Position numbers and translations under genes: made by a program. Positions 1-7,303 of a stretch of DNA of 43,546 nt are shown one piece after another. Within the stretch, counting starts at the first letter, position 1. Every line of letters starts with the position of its first letter. This DNA comes from a virus (taxonomy: Duplodnaviria > Caudoviricetes): IMG/VR virus record IMGVR_UViG_3300037311_000460, positions 1 to 43,546 of that record, one strand, 5' to 3'. A model generated the notes under the pieces. The model saw only the letters and a program-made list of their open reading frames with translations, was not told the DNA's origin and ran no database searches.

Positions 1-598
1 ACCAATCCGCAACCTCGCGGCTCCTACCGCTTCCGCGGCAACAAGTGTAACCAACCCCGGCCCGCGACCAATCCGCAACCTCGTTGCTGCCGCAAGCCTC
101 AATCGGGAAAGTGTAACCAACCCCGGCCCGCGACCAATCCGCAACGAACTCGCTTGGAACCCCCTGACGGGCCGCAGTGTAACCAACCCCGGCCCGCGAC
201 CAATCCGCAACTGCCCGCCGCGCTGGGGGACGCCGCATGGAGTGTAACCAACCCCGGCCCGCGACCAATCCGCAACTTCCCCGCCCGCAGCCTTGGCGAT
301 TCTCTGAGTGTAACCAACCCCGGCCCGCGACCAATCCGCAACCGGACGACAGTTACGCCGTTGGGAATTGCAAGTGTAACCAACCCCGGCCCGCGACCAA
401 TCCGCAACGCGGCCGTCGCGCGGATTGCGGCCCCGCAGAGTGTAACCAACCCCGGCCCGCGACCAATCCGCAACTCCGCGCTGTGTGTTTCGCTGTGCCC
501 CCAAAGTGTAACCAACCCCGGCCCGCGACCAATCCGCAACGGCCAAACCGGGTCGCGTTCCCAAAGCTGCAGTGTAACCAACCCCGGCCCGCGACCAA
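1..598 (-). CRISPR. CRISPR array, type II-C-like; repeat (minus strand) GTTGCGGATTGGTCGCGGGCCGGGGTTGGTTACACT; truncated by window start
   Basis: Identical 36-bp repeats starting at 44, 110, 176, 241, 307, 373, 439, 505; partial repeat 1-13; terminal repeat 571-598 truncated; nine 29-30 bp unique spacers. 36/30 geometry and GTTGCGG...TACACT ends fit II-C repeats. Orientation and subtype are inferred. Confidence 0.97.
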
Positions 599-632
599 GG
601 CCGCGTTTCGCTTCGCGAAACGCGGGCCTTGG
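595..632. repeat. GC-rich hairpin replacing the end of the terminal CRISPR repeat
   Basis: CCAAGG-CCGCGTTTCGC-ttc-GCGAAACGCGG-g-CCTTGG inverted repeat. Confidence 0.7.
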
Positions 633-895
633 AATGACATTGAAGGACGGCTCGCGATCGACCCAGCAACACTTGGATTTCGCGATTTTCTTTGTCAACC
701 GGGCGCGTCGTATGCGATACCCACGACTTCCGGACAGCGGGCCGCTCTAGAAAGAGCGAACTGGAACCTTCCGAGGCAGCTCTGACCCGCGTCGGTCGGC
801 TGCCCTGTCTCTCCTGCTCGCCCTCGGCGAGCTTTTGCTGGCCGCACCGGGCGGCTCGACGGCGGCTAGTTGGCGTCATCGACTTCTCATGCTGG

Positions 896-914
896 TCGAG
901 GAATCATTCCTCGA
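896..914. promoter_or_regulatory. Perfect palindrome upstream of integrase 1, candidate operator
   Basis: TCGAGGAAT-C-ATTCCTCGA, 15 bp before ATG 930. Confidence 0.45.
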
Positions 915-929
915 ACCCCGGCGAACCCG

Positions 930-2066
930 ATGAGTCAGCCCGTCCGACGTATCCTGGTCCTCAAGCGGCCCGGTGGCCGGTCCCCCAACTGGTACCTGCG
1001 CTACTGGGAACCCGACCCCACGACGGGGAAGCAGCGAGAGCGTTGGAGATCGACGGGCACCACCGTTCGCAAGCACGCGGAGCATCAGCGGCGTGAGCTG
1101 GAACGGCAGTTGGAGACCGCAAAACCGGTGTCGCTTCGCGCAACGTGGCAAACGTTCCGGAACACCTACCTGGCGATGCAGGCGTCGCGTAAGCCACCTT
1201 CGACGGTGGCGGCCTATCGGTCGTCGCTCGAGATCTTCGGCCGGGTGATGGCGACGCCGGATCCGGCGTTGATCTCGCCGGCGCTCCTGGAAGACTTTGC
1301 CGACAAACGGTTGCGGGCCGGGGCCGCACCGGCGACGGTCAATCGAGACCTGCGGCATCTGAAGGCCGCCACGCGGTGGGCGGCTCGACGCGGGATGATC
1401 GAGTCAGCCCCTGATTTCCACGGGCTGTTCGTGAGAGTGCCGAAGTCGCTGCCGGTCATGATCCCGGAGGACGACTTCCTTGCGTTGGTCCGTGCGACCC
1501 AGTCAGCAGAGACCGAGTTTCACCGACGAAGCGGAGCGTGGTGGCGTCTCTTCCTGTACGTCGCCTACTATCTCGGCCTGAGGAGGGGCGAAGCCCTGTC
1601 GCTGGCATGGGAAGACGTACGCCTTGACTCCCGAGAGGTTCGGGTGAAGGCGAGCACCTCCAAGGGGCGGCGAGAGCGAGTGCTCCCCTTGCCCAAAAAG
1701 CTTGCCGAGATGCTCGGCGAGTGGAGGCGGGAGAGTCAACCCACGTCGATCGCGGCGCCGGTGCTCCCTTGGCCGTATGACACCCACGGCCCGTTCTACG
1801 ACGACTGGAACGCCATCAACGCCGCCGCCGGCCTTCCCGAGGGCCGTCGTTACCGGCCGAAAGACTGTCGATCGTCCTGCGCTTCGGCCCTGATCGCGAG
1901 CAACGTCCCGACGATCGTGGTCAAGGACTTCCTGGGCCACGCCTCGGTGGCAACGACCGAGGGGTACTACGTGAACACGAAGCCGTCGCTCAAGGCGATC
2001 GGAGAAGTTCGCGACGTGAAGACGCTAGAGGGGTCGGCTGACGGGCGTGCCGAAAAAACCGTGTAG
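930..2066 (+). CDS. int: Tyrosine recombinase/integrase 1 (element to the left of the att site)
   Basis: N-terminal arm-binding region (WYLRYWEPDPTTGKQRERWRSTGT), ATVNRDLRHLKA, catalytic GLRRGE, KDCR (HxxR variant), LGHASVATTEGYY; ends 87 bp before the tRNA fragment. Confidence 0.95.
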   Translation: MSQPVRRILVLKRPGGRSPNWYLRYWEPDPTTGKQRERWRSTGTTVRKHAEHQRRELERQLETAKPVSLRATWQTFRNTYLAMQASRKPPSTVAAYRSSLEIFGRVMATPDPALISPALLEDFADKRLRAGAAPATVNRDLRHLKAATRWAARRGMIESAPDFHGLFVRVPKSLPVMIPEDDFLALVRATQSAETEFHRRSGAWWRLFLYVAYYLGLRRGEALSLAWEDVRLDSREVRVKASTSKGRRERVLPLPKKLAEMLGEWRRESQPTSIAAPVLPWPYDTHGPFYDDWNAINAAAGLPEGRRYRPKDCRSSCASALIASNVPTIVVKDFLGHASVATTEGYYVNTKPSLKAIGEVRDVKTLEGSADGRAEKTV

Positions 2067-2082
2067 CACTCGATGTAGCACT
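2062..2082. repeat. Direct repeat TGTAGCACT x2, candidate arm-type site of integrase 1
   Basis: TGTAGCACT at 2062-2070 and 2074-2082 (12-bp period), between int1 and att core. Confidence 0.6.
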
Positions 2083-2153
2083 ACGTCGTCGGAGCGACTC
2101 GAAGGCTGCCCAAAAATCGACGCAATCTTCTTCCAGGAAGTAACTTACGCAAA

Positions 2154-2197
2154 TGAGCCCGGCGGGACTCGAACCCGCGACCAACGGATTAAAAGTC
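2154..2197 (-). pseudogene. 3' half of tRNA-Lys(UUU), att core duplication
   Basis: Minus strand GACTTTTAATCCGTTGGTCGCGGGTTCGAGTCCCGCCGGGCTCA has anticodon loop CTTTTAA, T-arm with TTCGAGT loop and acceptor 3' strand; no D-arm or 5' acceptor strand upstream. Confidence 0.92.
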
Positions 2198-2290
2198 GCC
2201 TTCGAGGGTCCGACGAAGTGCCGAGTTTGCTGGGCGCTCGGGGATTTCGAGGGTCGCGGTTTCGGCGGGCGTCGCGCCGGTTCCGAAAAC

Positions 2291-2310
2291 GGTAACAGAT
2301 TCGGTAACAG
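2291..2310. repeat. GTAACA direct repeat, candidate arm-type site of integrase 2 (left end)
   Basis: GGTAACAGATTCGGTAACAG; matched by AGTAACATTTCGGTAACAC at 43475-43493. Confidence 0.65.
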
Positions 2311-2889
2311 TCAGGCGTGCTGCTCGACCGCATCCGCAGTGCGGCGGGTGTTGGCCTCGATATCGAGCATCACCTCGACCGACTGGACGACGACGCGGAG
2401 CAGCAGCGCGGTCATGATCCAGAAAGCGCTGATCACAGTAGCGGCGATGATTGTTGCAAAAAAACGGAGCATCGAGTCGTTGCCCTCGGCGAAGTCCGAT
2501 GCGATCCGCCACAACGCAAGCGCCGGCGGGATCACAACCGCTACAACGAGGTAGAGCGACGCGAGCCAGCGAATCCCCATCAAGCTCCAGACGAGCTCTC
2601 GATACCGCTTGCGCGAGTCCCCGTAGCGCGTGACGTCCGGCACCAGCTCGCGGCGCAGCCATTCGGTCGGGGAATCAGTGGGCTCGCTCGGGGCGGGCTC
2701 GGAGAGCGGGGGCGGCGCGGTAGGAGGGGGTGGCGCGGTGAAGCTCGGCAGCGGCGGGGGCGTAACGCTTGCCGCAGCGGGGACTTCGATCGTCCCTTGG
2801 CACTTAGGGCACTTCACCAATCGCCCGGCGAACTGCGCTGGCGCCGCTGCACGGTGGCCGCAGCCCGGGCATGCGATGGGGATGGTCAC
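2311..2889 (-). CDS. Zinc-ribbon membrane protein (planctomycete type), moron
   Basis: CPGCG...KCPKCQ zinc ribbon, Pro-rich linker, two TM segments, C-terminal LDIEANTRR motif. Confidence 0.8.
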   Translation of the reverse strand: MTIPIACPGCGHRAAAPAQFAGRLVKCPKCQGTIEVPAAASVTPPPLPSFTAPPPPTAPPPLSEPAPSEPTDSPTEWLRRELVPDVTRYGDSRKRYRELVWSLMGIRWLASLYLVVAVVIPPALALWRIASDFAEGNDSMLRFFATIIAATVISAFWIMTALLLRVVVQSVEVMLDIEANTRRTADAVEQHA

Positions 2890-3257
2890 TTGGGCTTGCG
2901 CTCCAGGGAGGCGATCGTGGCGCGTTCGGCGGTTGTCGCCTCGACTTGAAGCTCTAGCAGCTTACGCGAATGCGTGAACCGGTTGCTCCCCAACGAGTCG
3001 TCGGCCGCGATGGCCTGCGACAGCGGCGTCAGCCGACCACTGACCAGCCGATAGAGCTCGTCGTAACCAACGATCAGCTTCTTCGCATTCCGAAGCTCAA
3101 GGGCTTTCGTGCGGCTTCCAAAGACAAACCCGGAGCCCCAGCCTGCGGCCCCGCCGAGTGCGAGCCCGATTGCCACCGCCGCAAGAATCGGCACGACGCC
3201 GCGACGCGCAGGGGCCGGCTGGCGAACACTCTGCGGCAACGGAGGTGGCGACGGCAT
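2886..3257 (-). CDS. Single-TM hypothetical protein
   Basis: Hydrophobic segment VVPILAAVAIGLALGGAAGW; 4-bp overlap with the next gene. Confidence 0.65.
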   Translation of the reverse strand: MPSPPPLPQSVRQPAPARRGVVPILAAVAIGLALGGAAGWGSGFVFGSRTKALELRNAKKLIVGYDELYRLVSGRLTPLSQAIAADDSLGSNRFTHSRKLLELQVEATTAERATIASLERKPK

Positions 3258-3276
3258 CGGAGGGATTCTCTCGGGA

Positions 3277-3492
3277 TCAGGACCGCGCTAGTTCGCGCTT
3301 GAGGCTGGCAATCAGGCCATCGATTCGAGTGATGGCCACGGGGAATCCCTTGGTGCCCATGACGTTGAGCGGGCCGCCGGCCTGCCTTTGCACCTGGGCG
3401 AGCGCACCGAGCATCTCGGCCCGCTTTTGCAGGTCACGCGCCATCGCGGCGACCTCGTCGGCGGTCACCTCTTGTCTCTCTCGGGATGCCAT
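3277..3492 (-). CDS. Small helical protein in the cI position, no recognisable HTH
   Basis: ATG 3492, 71 aa, divergent from the early operon. Confidence 0.6.
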   Translation of the reverse strand: MASRERQEVTADEVAAMARDLQKRAEMLGALAQVQRQAGGPLNVMGTKGFPVAITRIDGLIASLKRELARS

Positions 3493-3513
3493 GGGCGACC
3501 GATAAGCGGGCGA

Positions 3514-3526
3514 TTTGTCACACAAA
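3514..3526. promoter_or_regulatory. Candidate operator TTGT-N3-ACAA (copy 1)
   Basis: TTTGTCACACAAA palindrome upstream of the leftward gene; second copy at 3630-3640. Confidence 0.5.
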
Positions 3527-3623
3527 CGCCCAGCATATGGCGTCGTTCAGCAAACGCAAAGCCTTTCCCGACAAACACTTGCGGCGTTTCCATGGTTCTA
3601 CACGTATTTTCCGGTCACTAGAC

Positions 3624-3651
3624 TTGCATTTGTGATACAAGATTGTACGAT
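3624..3651 (+). promoter_or_regulatory. Sigma70-like early rightward promoter containing operator copy 2
   Basis: TTGCAT-16 bp-TACGAT in an AT-rich patch; TTGTGATACAA (3630-3640) lies in the spacer. Confidence 0.6.
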
Positions 3652-3721
3652 ATGACACCAAGGAGGCGGGCAGCAGCCAGCCGCTTGGCACGGAAGCGAC
3701 CCCAGTTTGCTGGATCGCCAG

Positions 3722-3997
3722 ATGCCCGAGAAGGCCAAGCCCGACACCTGCCTGACCCCCGGCTGCGGCAAGGCCGCAACGGTCCGAGGCGTCTGCCCGG
3801 GTTGCTACCGCAGCAGTCGCTACGCCAAGGCCACCGGCAAGGTCACCGACGAGGAGCTAGTTCGGCTGGGGATGCTGCTGCCGCCGGACCGTCAGAAGTC
3901 GCGGGGGGCGTTCTCCGCGGAACTCGAAAAGTGGCTGGCCCGAGCGGCCCGCCCGCAACGGAGTGAAGAGCGATGCACGACGAAGGACAGTGCCTGA
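3722..3997 (+). CDS. Zinc-finger protein 1 (C-x4-C-x9-C-x2-C), cro position
   Basis: CLTPGCGKAATVRGVCPGCY then GKVTDEELVRLGML helix. Confidence 0.75.
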   Translation: MPEKAKPDTCLTPGCGKAATVRGVCPGCYRSSRYAKATGKVTDEELVRLGMLLPPDRQKSRGAFSAELEKWLARAARPQRSEERCTTKDSA

Positions 3998-4218
3998 TCG
4001 ACGGCTGCGACCGACCGGTGTCGTCGCGCGGATTGTGCCTCATGCACTACACGACGACGGTCCGGCGACGAAAGGCGGAGGGGCTCACCTGGGAGCAACT
4101 CATCGAGGCGGGGCTCGCCAAGGAAGCGAACCCGGGCCGCGGGCTCTCGCCCCTAGCGCAGCGCATCGCGGCCCTCAAGTCCACCAACCAAGCCGATCCC
4201 GCATGCCCCGCGAACTGA
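3973..4218 (+). CDS. Zinc-finger protein 2 (C-x4-C-x9-C-x2-H), paralogue of the previous gene
   Basis: CLIDGCDRPVSSRGLCLMHY then GLTWEQLIEAGLA. Confidence 0.75.
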   Translation: MHDEGQCLIDGCDRPVSSRGLCLMHYTTTVRRRKAEGLTWEQLIEAGLAKEANPGRGLSPLAQRIAALKSTNQADPACPAN

Positions 4219-4448
4219 AAACCCCCGAAAAGACCTCGCGACCGCTCAAGACGGCGCTCGGAACGTTCCTGGCGCCCGAGCGCCTCTACACGCTCCGCGG
4301 GTTCCTGCGGTGCGCGGCGATGAGTCGGACGCGGCTGATGGAACTCGAGCGCACGGTAAAGCTCCCGCGGAGGCGCAACGGGCGGGGCGTGTGGGTCGAT
4401 GGAGCGGACGCCATCGAGTGGATGAAGCAAGTGACGGAGCGACGCTGA
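4203..4448 (+). CDS. Excisionase-like winged-helix DNA-binding protein
   Basis: RLYTLRGFLRCAAMSRTRLMEL...RRNGRGVWVDGADAIEWM matches Xis/AlpA-type pattern; basic, 81 aa. Confidence 0.6.
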   Translation: MPRELKTPEKTSRPLKTALGTFLAPERLYTLRGFLRCAAMSRTRLMELERTVKLPRRRNGRGVWVDGADAIEWMKQVTERR

Positions 4449-4497
4449 GTGACGCGGCGAGTGCTGTTCTTCCCTCTCCTTCTTTTCGACTACGACC

Positions 4498-4983
4498 ATG
4501 CCCGTCCGACCCTACGACACCGAAGACGACATCGCCCACGGGATGGCCGACGACTGGGCCGAATCGTTCACGCGGATGCTCCGCCTGATGGGAGCGCCGA
4601 CGCTCTCCTGCGACGCGGCGTGGCTCGGTGACGACCTCTACGGCTTCTGGATCGCCGGGCGCCGCGTCGTCTGCAACACCGGCCGCGTCGAAGACGCCAA
4701 GGAAGTGTTGCTGGCCGAGGTGATCCGCGACTGCGGCGGGGAGGGCGCCGAGTGGCAAGACTGCCCGAAGCGTCTGGCGCGGGTCTGCGCGTGGTATCGC
4801 GAGACCTACGGCGAGTCGATCGAGCCGATCCTCGCGCACCCCGAACAGTGGTGGGGCCTGTTCCTGGAGTGGGCCGACGAAGAGCACCGCTTGCAGGCCC
4901 TGCAAGCCGAGACGAAGGCCGCGGTTGACGCGCTGTGCGACGGCATTCGCGACATCTGCAAGCCGTCGAGCGGCGCCGCATGA
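4498..4983 (+). CDS. Hypothetical acidic phage protein
   Basis: 161 aa ORF with ATGA overlap to the next gene. Confidence 0.7.
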   Translation: MPVRPYDTEDDIAHGMADDWAESFTRMLRLMGAPTLSCDAAWLGDDLYGFWIAGRRVVCNTGRVEDAKEVLLAEVIRDCGGEGAEWQDCPKRLARVCAWYRETYGESIEPILAHPEQWWGLFLEWADEEHRLQALQAETKAAVDALCDGIRDICKPSSGAA

Positions 4984-5210
4984 CGATCGATCACTTCGCG
5001 ATGCTCGCGTTCGTGTTGCTGCTGACGGCTTCGCCGGAGCCCTCCGCAGCGTGGTGGTTCGCGGGCGCGTGGTGCGTCTCGCGCCTGCTGCAATGGGTCT
5101 TGCTCGGCGCGGTGATCGAAGCGAAGCGACAGAGGAAGGGGCTCACGCTGTTCACGATCGACGAGCAGGAGCTTGATCGACGACTTCAACCCGAGCGAAA
5201 GGATTCATGA
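4980..5210 (+). CDS. Small two-TM membrane protein
   Basis: ATGA overlaps at both ends, hydrophobic segments. Confidence 0.65.
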   Translation: MTIDHFAMLAFVLLLTASPEPSAAWWFAGAWCVSRLLQWVLLGAVIEAKRQRKGLTLFTIDEQELDRRLQPERKDS

Positions 5211-5389
5211 TGCTTGTTCTGAGCCGAAACGTGGGCGAATCGATTGTTGTTGATGGCCCGTGCGTTCTCACGGTGACCGAGGTGCGCGGCGGCAAGGTTC
5301 GCATCGGCTGCGTCGCCGAGCGTGACGTGCGGATCGACCGCGCCGAGGTGGCCGAGCGGCGCGACCTACCGCAGGAGGACGCCGCGTGA
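5207..5389 (+). CDS. csrA: CsrA/RsmA family RNA-binding translational regulator
   Basis: MLVLSRNVGESIVV...VTEVRGGKVRIG..A..DVRIDRAEV, canonical CsrA pattern including the R44-equivalent Arg. Confidence 0.93.
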   Translation: MMLVLSRNVGESIVVDGPCVLTVTEVRGGKVRIGCVAERDVRIDRAEVAERRDLPQEDAA

Positions 5390-6258
5390 GCATCGAGCGC
5401 ATCCAACTCCCGACCCGCGCCGCGTGGCTCGCGGAGCGGCACAAGACGCTCGGCGCAAGCGACTGCGCTGCGGTCATGGGCCGCTCAAGCTGGCAGAGCC
5501 CCTACAGCGTCTGGTGGCACAAGACGAACCCCTTGGAGCCCGAGGACCCCACGGTCGAGCAGATGGTGGGCCACTGCCTGGAACCGCTTGTCTTGGAACT
5601 CTTCAACGCGCACAGCGGAGTGAAGGCGACCGCGACTCCCAACGTGGTCTATCGCAACAGCCAGTGGCCGTGGCTCCACGCCTCGACCGATGCGCTGACG
5701 CTAGACGGGCTGCCGGTCGAACTCAAGACGGCCAAGTTCGACGCTGCCAAGACGTGGAAGAAGACCGTGCCGCTGGCGTACCTCGTCCAGTGCCACGTTC
5801 AGATGCTGGTGCTCGAGCGTGACGAGGCGTTCTGCGCTGTGCTGCTGAACGACAGCGGGTTCGCGTGGCACCCCGTGAAGCGTGTTCCCTCGCTGTGCGA
5901 CGCGATCGTGAAGACGACGGATTCGTTCTGGCGGCACTGCATTGAGACGCGAACGGCGCCGTGGACCGACGCTCACCAAGCAACGTCCGAAGCGCTGGGC
6001 GCGCAGTGGCCCGAGGTGAAGGAGGACAAGAGCATCGTCGAGGCCCCCGACGAGCTCGCCGGCGCAGGAGACGAGTACGACGCGGCCCAAGCCGTGATCG
6101 CCGAGGCGACGAAGGCGAAGGACGAAATCGCGAACCGCCTTAAGGCCCTGATCGGCCCGAAGAGGTTTGCAAGGCTCCCCGACGGAACGGGCTTTGATTG
6201 GTCGGGCAAGCCCCGCCGTTTCACCCGCAAGACGAAGGAGATCAAAGTCGATGCCTGA
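5386..6258 (+). CDS. YqaJ-like viral recombinase/exonuclease
   Basis: WLAERHKTLGASD, GHCLEP, HASTDAL..VELKT, YLVQCHVQM. Confidence 0.92.
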   Translation: MSIERIQLPTRAAWLAERHKTLGASDCAAVMGRSSWQSPYSVWWHKTNPLEPEDPTVEQMVGHCLEPLVLELFNAHSGVKATATPNVVYRNSQWPWLHASTDALTLDGLPVELKTAKFDAAKTWKKTVPLAYLVQCHVQMLVLERDEAFCAVLLNDSGFAWHPVKRVPSLCDAIVKTTDSFWRHCIETRTAPWTDAHQATSEALGAQWPEVKEDKSIVEAPDELAGAGDEYDAAQAVIAEATKAKDEIANRLKALIGPKRFARLPDGTGFDWSGKPRRFTRKTKEIKVDA

Positions 6259-7153
6259 GAAAACTAGCTTTGCCGAGCGGCTTGCCGCGCTTCGCGAGAC
6301 GCTCCGCGACAACCGCGAGAAGTTCACGGCGGTGGCCGCCGCGGGGGTGAACTACGACGAGTACGTCGAGCGGCTCGTGCAGGCGATCGGGCGCAACCCG
6401 AAGCTCCTGGACGCGACGCTCGGCAGTCTGTGTCAGACGCTCTTGGACTCGGTGATTCTGGGGCTGCCGATCGGAGGCCCCAGCGGGTACGGGCACGCCG
6501 TGCCGCGCCGCTCGGAAGACAAGGTGCTCGCGCAGTTCCAGGCCGGCTACCTCGGCAAACTGCAACTCGCCTACCAGAGCCCTTTGGTCGCCGGTGTCGT
6601 GGCGCGGGAAGTCTACCCGAACGACGACTTCGGTTTGCGGCTTGGGACGACGCCGTCGGTCGATCACGTCCCGACGTGCGGCGAGCGTGGGGGAGACGCG
6701 ACGGGTTACTACGCGCTGGTTTCCCTGACGAGCGGGTTTGCGCTGGTCGAGTACATGACCCGCCAGCAGGTCGCCGCGCACCGCGACAAGTACAGCAAGG
6801 GCGCCGACCGAAAGGACTCGGCGTGGAAGAGCGCCTTCGACGCAATGGCGAAGAAGACGGTTCTGCTGCGCGTGCTCAAGTGGGCCCCGGCTGCCAACGA
6901 GACGGCCCGCCGTGTGTTGCAGCAGGAAGAGTACGACGACGCGGGGGTCGGCCTGCAATCGGGGGACGCGGCCCCGACGCACGAAGCGGAGACGGTGGCC
7001 CAGGGGTTGCTCGAAGCCCCCGACGATCCGTTCGGCCCCGAGCCCGAGAAGCCCGCCGATCGCCGCGTAGCGGACGACGGCGCCCCCTCGGTCGAGGAAC
7101 TGATCGAAAACGGGGAGCTGGTGCCGGCGGGTGACGACGGGTTCCCGTTCTGA
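6251..7153 (+). CDS. recT: RecT family single-strand annealing protein
   Basis: NPKLLDAT..SL, AQFQAGYLGKLQLA, AREVYPNDDF, WKSAFDAMAKKTVLLRVLKWAP; follows YqaJ. Confidence 0.92.
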   Translation: MPEKTSFAERLAALRETLRDNREKFTAVAAAGVNYDEYVERLVQAIGRNPKLLDATLGSLCQTLLDSVILGLPIGGPSGYGHAVPRRSEDKVLAQFQAGYLGKLQLAYQSPLVAGVVAREVYPNDDFGLRLGTTPSVDHVPTCGERGGDATGYYALVSLTSGFALVEYMTRQQVAAHRDKYSKGADRKDSAWKSAFDAMAKKTVLLRVLKWAPAANETARRVLQQEEYDDAGVGLQSGDAAPTHEAETVAQGLLEAPDDPFGPEPEKPADRRVADDGAPSVEELIENGELVPAGDDGFPF

Positions 7154-7160
7154 TTGCAGC

Positions 7161-7221
7161 AGCGTGGCCGCGGGCGCGTCCGTTCAGCCGGGCGCGGGCC
7201 GTTCGACTCGGCCGCCACGCT
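7161..7221 (+). ncRNA. D-armless tRNA-like structure
   Basis: 8-bp stem AGCGTGGC/GCCACGCT stacked on 5-bp stem GGCCG/CGGCC with TTCGACT T-loop; 8-bp middle stem; intergenic. Confidence 0.6.
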
Positions 7222-7303
7222 TTTCGGCCCCTCTGCCCCGTTCGTCGGGTCAGCACGGGCAGGAATCTATCCCCCACGGACGCCCACGGAGGGCGGGGCA
7301 ACG

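Noticed and set aside
14-570. Spacers targeting the adjacent prophage
   Set aside because: By eye only 10-13 nt partial matches (best: spacer 343-372 versus about 23050-23079, roughly 16/30), consistent with chance; a BLASTN-short search is needed to exclude it
99-785. Repetitive ORFs on both strands
   Set aside because: Translations of the 66-bp CRISPR period, not genes
633-929. tracrRNA or cas genes next to the array
   Set aside because: No extended anti-repeat and no Cas-like ORF seen
2174-2184. CCCGCGACCAA shared between the tRNA fragment and CRISPR repeat
   Set aside because: An 11-nt GC-rich match is expected by chance in 43 kb
2154-2230. Intact tRNA-Lys gene
   Set aside because: 5' half (acceptor strand and D-arm) is absent; treated as att remnant
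7183-7188. TCA in the tRNA-like loop as a Sec or opal-suppressor anticodon
   Set aside because: Loop is 6 nt and there is no D-arm or long variable arm
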